From contig NC_135765.1 of the NCBI RefSeq assembly GCF_052425735.1, forward strand, positions 1,240,001 to 1,304,000: a DNA stretch of 64,000 nucleotides. The letters run 5' to 3'. The stretch is from Oculina patagonica. Lineage: Eukaryota. The number at the start of each line of letters is the position of its first letter. Position 1 is the first letter of the stretch. Shown in pieces: positions 58,001 through 64,000 of this stretch. The translations under genes were made by a program, and so were the position numbers. The notes below the pieces were generated by a model. The model was not told where the DNA came from and searched no databases. It saw only the letters and a program-made list of their open reading frames with translations.

Positions 58001-61000
58001 TGTTGTAGACTGCAAAAATCTCTCAGAACTCATCTTTTCATTAAAAAATAAAATAAAATAATCATTTATTACATTATACTTTTCTTTCAGTGGTCAAGTT
58101 GTACTGCAGTGTTCCAGTTCATCCCGACCGAGCCAGGGTCAGTAACTGTTGCAGTCTCAATATCGAAATGTCATCTCTCCTTACCATTAACCATGTGTTA
58201 GTTATGGGAATTTAGTGGTACATCAGGAGAATATCTCAGAAAGTCAACAATGTTCTGTTAGTAAATAATAAAGATGGTAGATTTTAAGCTCGGAAATAAA
58301 TAGTGAAGAAATTATTCTACATGACACGAGCGTGGGACAAAGAAAAAATCTGAGTACCCCGACGGGAATCGAACCCATGGCCTCCCAGATACCGGTTGTG
58401 CGCTCTAACCAACTGAGCTACACGAGACTCGCTGTGAGCTAGGCCATTCAGCTCATGAAATCGAGCTTAAAATCTACCATCTTTATTATTTACTACAAAT
58501 TTGATGATTTCGACATTGCTGATCCTAGCAGTATGCAGGACGCGTGTCACTTATCAACCTAGTAAATAGCCTAGCTCACAGTGAGTCTCATGTAGCTTAG
58601 TTGGTTAGAGCGCCCAACCGGTATCTGGGAGGCCATGGGTTCGATTCCCGTCGGGGACTCAGAATTTTTTCTTTGTCCCACGCTCGTGTCATGTTGAATA
58701 ATTTCTTCACTAATGTTCTGTTAGTCTCTATACTTGCCACTGCGTCTTACATGGCACTCTTATCTTGGTGGACCATAAAACTGCTAGTCAGACCTATTGT
58801 ATCATTGACTCTGTGCCATTACATGTAATTGTATCTTTGTATGATTTATATTTACATGTTTTATTTTCCAGGCTTGGGCAGACAGAGGAGCACGTTTGTT
58901 TCCTGGACATCCAGATGTGTTTCACCTTAGGGTGAGTTCATAATGTATGGTACACTTAAATTTACCATCTTTATTATTTATAGTACACTTGTTTTTAATC
59001 TCAGATCCATCTACCTAAGCAATTGGGTTGTGTAGATCAGGAAACATAGAGTTTGATAAAGTTACAGTACTGAACAGTGCTGTCGTTGTCAATCTGTGTG
59101 TAATTTAAATGAACCTCAGTTGCCAGCAGACAGAATTTCAAGTCAAATTTTTTTAATGTTGTTTCTTATAGTTGCATCTCCTGGAGTCTGCTGAAGTAGT
59201 GGATTATGAAGCTCTTGAAGATCTGATTTCTGAAGAAGTTGTAAGCTACTCTTTTAATAATAATAAAAGTTACAAATTACTCAACTGTTTACTTATTATA
59301 ACACATAAGTTGTAAACTACATGCAGCCATCTCTGAAACAGGAGTCATCTGCATGCAGGTTAATAAGTTGAAAAAAAAAATGTGATGTTATTTTGTATGT
59401 GTGTTAGATATTAAATGATTGTTTATTGGCTATTTTTTTTCGTTGATTGTCCTGTTCTTTCTGTAGAGTAAAAGACCAAGAGAGGTTGACTTGCATGTCA
59501 GGCTGGTTAGGCTGTATGCAGTAAGAGGTGTGTGATCAATTCCTAACTTCTCTCCACCTGTACACAACAAAGTTCAGAAGATGGGTCTTGAGAGTTGAAC
59601 AACTGGCCATCATTAGTAAACCATCATGACTACAAATTCTCCGAAGGAGAATTTATTGGTATAGAAAATGTTCTGGATAAAAGCAGACAAACTACTATTT
59701 TTAAAAAATGTACAACAACTTTTAGTTTGCAAGACATGTTTCGATCGTTCCAACGATCATCTTCAGTTGTGGGATCGTTTACAGTTGAAATTGAATTTTT
59801 TTACAAGCAATGGCGTAACCTGCGTGATACGCAACATTCGTGATACATTTTAAAATTTAACGTGCAGCATTTAAATGCGCGAGACATGGAACAATGCGCG
59901 CGAGTATAAATACACGGCAAAGAAATTAAACAGTAAAAATAACTAAGTAAATTACAATTATTACACAAAATGATGCAAATAAATTAAATTAAATTAAACG
60001 ACATTTATTTATAAGAAAATAACATAATACTAAAATGAAAGAGTTAAGTCAGCATGTTTGAGCTGCTTATTTAACGTGGGGTTTTCCCAGCGGATGTGGA
60101 CAGCCTCTTTTAAAATTAGCTGTAGTCTATTGGGTGCGGAATCTACAATAGAAAAGCAGTTCTTAGATGCAAGCCTACGGCATGCCTCAGACTGCTGCAG
60201 ATGTTGGTAAATGTGTGAGTTCCTGTCCCTACTCAGATGCTCACGAATGCGCGTTGAAAGATGACGGCTAGTTTCGCCGATGTAACAGGCATTACATCCT
60301 GCACAAGAAAATTTGTAGACAACGCGCGAACGGAGATCGAGAGGAACAGGATCCTTCACACTGAACATACTACTCACTTTAAAAGACGAAAAAACTAACT
60401 TAATTTCAATGTTAGTACAATAACGGTGGACAAGTTTACGCAATCTCTTCTGAGCTTCTGCAGAAAAGGATCCTACATAAGGTAACTTAAAATAATAAGA
60501 TGAAACGGGTTGTTGAACCCGAGAGCTATCTGATGGGCGGACTTGAGCTCTGCTTACGTATTGGTTGACAACCTTATCTATAATGTGAACAGGGAAAAGG
60601 TTTTTACGTAGGATACGAGTGAGGTTCTTAATATCATCATGAAAGCCCAACCAGGAATTGTTGATTTTGTAGACCCTGTCAACCAGTGTTCTTACAAGAC
60701 CAATTTTGTAAGAGAATGCAGTAAAACTAAAATAGTTCGTAAGGAGCCCTGTGAACGTTTTCTTACGGAAAACTGAAGTCTGGAGATAAAGAGGATTGTT
60801 ATGAACTAAGACATCTAGGAATGCTAATTTATGAATGCTAATTTATGGGGCATAATGAGAATGCATGGTTAGAGAACTACAAGGATTCAAGGATTTTGTA
60901 CTATCGACGATATGTCGATGACACTTTTTGTGTGTTTGAGACAGAGCAAGACGCTGTGTCATTTTACAACTTCATCAATTCTCAACACCCGAACATACGT

Positions 61001-63679
61001 TTTACATGGAGAAACGCTACATTATAGAAAATGTATTACTAACAGTAAGAAAAAAAAAACAGTTTATTTGTTTTGCTTCAATTTTGCCCTTTCCTTTGTT
61101 CTGGTGTATGGTAATATATAATAAATTTATATATGATCATAATGAATATGAAACCAAAGGAAAATACCAGATGAAACCAAAGGTAAAATTGAACCACAAC
61201 TTGTACACAATATAAGAACACTATGTTTAATGCCGGTTGGGAAATATGAGACATTTTTTGTTTGTAAACTTGTTGTCCCTGTAGATTAATTTGAAAATTG
61301 TGGCAGTACATGGTTGTCACAAAACTTACTGCAACAAAGTAGCTAGTTGAGGAAATTCTCTCTAAATTTCTTGCCAGTCAGGGAAAGTCAAAGAAAATTT
61401 GCACATTTTCGTAATGAGTGCTGTTGAAAAGGTTCCTCCTATTGTAATCAATAAATTCAAAGCTGCTGTCTGCAAAAACAAATTAAAGAGAAGTTAAAGT
61501 TCAAGTAAATTGTTTGCTTTTCATTGGATCAGCGTTGTTATGGTCAATAAAAAATTATATTGTTTTCTGATCACAGGAATTCAGAGACTTTTCCTTATAG
61601 GTGACGGCAAACACAAGTCATCTCTTGCCATTTTGTTAGAAATACCTTTAATCCAGTGTACAGGGAGTTGACTAATATTAATATGTGGGTAATGAATTGT
61701 TTTCAGGGCGGCTTGATGAGGCATTTTCCCATTGTGTGGCTGTGTTGAAGACAAAAGCCTTTAAGGACAGTTTGGAATGGGTTGCTTGCTGTGTAGAAAT
61801 GTTTGAGGTTAGAGCTTGTTTCAAGGCAAGATGAACTAAAATTATCTTTCTTTTGATGCCAGATACTGTATTGTGGCATGTTCTTAACTGTACTTTTGTT
61901 ACATTGTCTTGTAGAAATACCTTGCATCTCTGGAAAAACATTGTAAGTACTGCAAATTCATGAACCTGACACTAGTTGCTTACTATTGCTTAGTATAGCA
62001 TATACTAGTAGTTACATGTACAGCTGTAGTTGTTAAAGTATAATATTATATTCATCTGCATTTTTTGTTTGTTACCGTGTAGCAATCAAGGGTGAGGTGA
62101 TAGGCAGCGGTAATGCCATCTTGGATGTGCAATCTTTCCTTCTGATTGCCCTTTGTCAGTTTGTGGAGCTTAATCTGAGCAAATGTGAAGACACTCGTGA
62201 GGTCATCAATGCCCTTTACAGGTAGGGACTTGTTAAATTTATTAAACTCTGGAGTGTTGTCATGTAATGATATTAAGATAATGTAAGCCCCTCTTAAGCC
62301 TGGTTCTTGTAAGTTTGGAATAAGAATTATGGTCGTGTTATATAGTGCTCTATATAGACCTACAGGTAGCCTATAAAATGATTAATTCTTTCTCTTACAT
62401 ATTTGTATCTGGGGCTTGTAGGTCCCATGTACCTGCAGTTTGTACCTATCATAACCGATTCACTTCAGCTGGAAACAGCTTCGTCTTTTAGGTTTGGTGT
62501 TAGATGATATATTGACATCAAGTTGATGTAATCTGAATGTGTTTTATCTGCAGGCTGGATCACTGTCTGTTCATGGCACATGGCCGTAAAATCCGCCAGT
62601 CGCCGAGAAGATCAACATCAGGTGGACCAACTGAGTGGGATGTAATTCTAATGGAGATGAAAGCTCAGCTCTACATGCATTGTGGGACTTTACTGATTCG
62701 GCTAGCCAAGGAGGTAAGTATAGTTATATGTGCTCTGGAGCTCAATTTTATAATTCTTGTGCAGAACATTTTGTGGGAAATCTTTACAAATGTTTCTGTC
62801 AATCAAAGCTGTTTATTTTTTTAAGGCTGCATTCACAGTTGGAGATGCTCTGGCACTGTTCTTAAACAGTGGCATGTGTGACATGACATGTAGTGACATG
62901 AAGTCGCATTATCTGACATGACATGACATAATGTGACATAAGTTACATGAAGCAACACAAGGGGATATGACTTGTCAATGTAATTATTGTGCCATAATGT
63001 GAAACAAAGTGATATGACGTGACATGTTGTGATGTGATGTGACCTGACATGACACTGTGGTTTCTTCAGATCACTGGTGCCCACTACATGTCTCTCACAG
63101 GCCTTGAAAAGCCCTTGAATATGTTGTGGTTTAATTTTATCTTTGGTTTAAACTTTTTCAAACCAGTTTGATTTTTATTTCCCTTTGTTTCAGATTATGA
63201 TAATGAATATGAAACAATGAAAAATAAAAATCAAACTGGTTTAAAAAATTTTAAACCAAATATAAAATTAAACCACAACAAATATAAAAAAACATTCTTG
63301 GAATTTAACACATTGGTACTTAACATTTGGTGAAAACTTGAAACATTTGAGACTTCGATGAAACAGTCTGTAAATACTGTATCCATGATTGTACATCACA
63401 CTGGAATTTTGGCACAAAGGTTTGCTGCATGAGGAGACAAGGCATTTTGAAATGTTCAGTCAGCAATTTGCTCCCAATATAGCAATGGTCTTATTTAAAT
63501 TATTACCTTGCAGAAATTTGTGACATGGCCCAGGGGCTTGAAGCTGGCATGTACCTGTTACCTGGTAAGCACTAGCATTGCTGAGCCAGAAACCAAGACA
63601 CCATGGGTAGCAAGAGCTCCTAAAAACAAAGATCCTTTAAAGTGGTATGTCATGGCGTGCTCAAGGCTCAGTCAAACTG
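55045..63679 (+). CDS. RANBP2: E3 SUMO ligase RanBP2/Nup358, N-terminal TPR/alpha-helical region (first 14 exons; continues beyond the window)
   Basis: Exons 55045-55116, 55195-55262, 55589-55630, 56541-56612, 57428-57471, 58091-58137, 58872-58931, 59172-59240, 59467-59527, 61707-61807, 61915-61942, 62083-62221, 62554-62713, 63514-63679 join in frame. MVWTKDEVDKYV..KGFAFARLY..KAVASYRRSLELNNTQKELVLK..RLFPGHP..SLEWVAC..EMKAQLYMHCGTLL..ACSRLSQT follows the RanBP2 N-terminus as recalled from vertebrate sequences. Confidence 0.93.
55874..56204. mobile_element. MITE with TA TSD and CCGTA termini
   Basis: TA-CCGTAGAATTGCGGTTATAAGCCC ... GGGCTTATAACCGGAATTTTACGG-TA. Confidence 0.88.
56647..56762. 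mobile_element. Short palindromic MITE
   Basis: AACAATAATTCCACTCGCGCTTG ... CAAGCACGCTAGTGGAATAATTGTT. Confidence 0.7.
58263..58711. mobile_element. Retroposed element containing inverted tRNA-derived modules
   Basis: 14-bp TSD AATGTTCTGTTAGT (58249-58262 and 58712-58725); tRNA-like unit at 58581-58661 with A-box TAGCTTAGTTGG and B-box GGTTCGATTCC, and an inverted copy at about 58349-58429. Confidence 0.8.
59672..61022 (-). mobile_element. Truncated Penelope-like element with 5' inversion
   Basis: Minus ORF 60030-60650 encodes GIY-YIG (VVYKFSC..CYIGETSRHL); plus-strand RT fragment YRRYVDDTF at 60845-61007; 12-bp TSD TATAGAAAATGT (59660-59671 and 61023-61034). Confidence 0.9.
59730..59769 (-). 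ncRNA. Minimal hammerhead ribozyme motif
   Basis: Minus strand reads CAA-CTGAAGA-t-GATCGTT gg AACGATC-GAAA-CATG-TC-TTG: core boxes, palindromic short stem III, GUC triplet. Confidence 0.8.
62870..63056. repeat. Degenerate (TGACA)n pentamer repeat
   Basis: GACATGACATG/GTGACAT periodicity. Confidence 0.7.
63122..63280. mobile_element. MITE, TGTTGTGGTT family, 4-bp TSD AATA
   Basis: Palindromic; same family as 14484-14642; more diverged relatives near 53937-54055 and 61069-61202. Confidence 0.85.
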
Positions 63680-64000
63680 GTAAGTGATCAGTCGACAATC
63701 ACTTGATATCTGTTTTCATTTTTTGTGTTTATCTACACTATGTGGTTTGTACAATGTGTATGTACCTGGACGGCTTGATTTAGAATCTTTTAAGCTAACT
63801 ATTAGAACACCAAGCCTAGCTGTTGTTATGTTGGCAGGTACCATTGTGTTGTGTGATTGGCCAAGAGACTTTGCTCTCTCATAGTGTCTCTCTTCAGCTA
63901 CAAGTATACAGTGTGTAAATGAGTAGCAGTAAACTGTTAGGGTCACCTGTCAAAACATTGGGAAGGGGGAATTTAATCTGTGGTGGACTGGCATCCCATT

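Noticed and set aside
58581-58661. Functional tRNA gene
   Set aside because: Irregular acceptor and anticodon stems, and embedded in an inverted repeat bounded by a TSD.

Overview
AT-rich, intron-rich animal genomic DNA; the repeat content suggests a cnidarian such as a stony coral, but that is inference. Gene order: 3' half of MCM7 (+, 217-10859); a 500-N gap; a second copy of the last three MCM7 exons (14940-17005); RanBP2-derived gene A (-, 31269-18862, about 3427 aa); a truncated 5-exon copy of the RANBP2 5' end (+, 34173-39450) with a LINE in intron 4; RanBP2-derived gene B (-, 53686-43444, about 2511 aa); and the 5' part of canonical RANBP2/Nup358 (+, from 55045, running off the window). 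Main finding: a tandemly duplicated head-to-head cassette [RanBP2-derived gene <- promoter -> RANBP2 5' exons]. Both derived genes have a coiled-coil N-terminus in place of the TPR domain, and each has independently expanded a different repeat array (SFG 19/38-aa repeats in A; nine near-identical zinc fingers plus GLFG repeats in B). The duplicated MCM7 and RANBP2 exons differ almost only at synonymous sites. Introns carry many MITEs, a Mutator-like foldback, a Tx1/L1-like LINE, and two Penelope-like elements with hammerhead ribozyme motifs.
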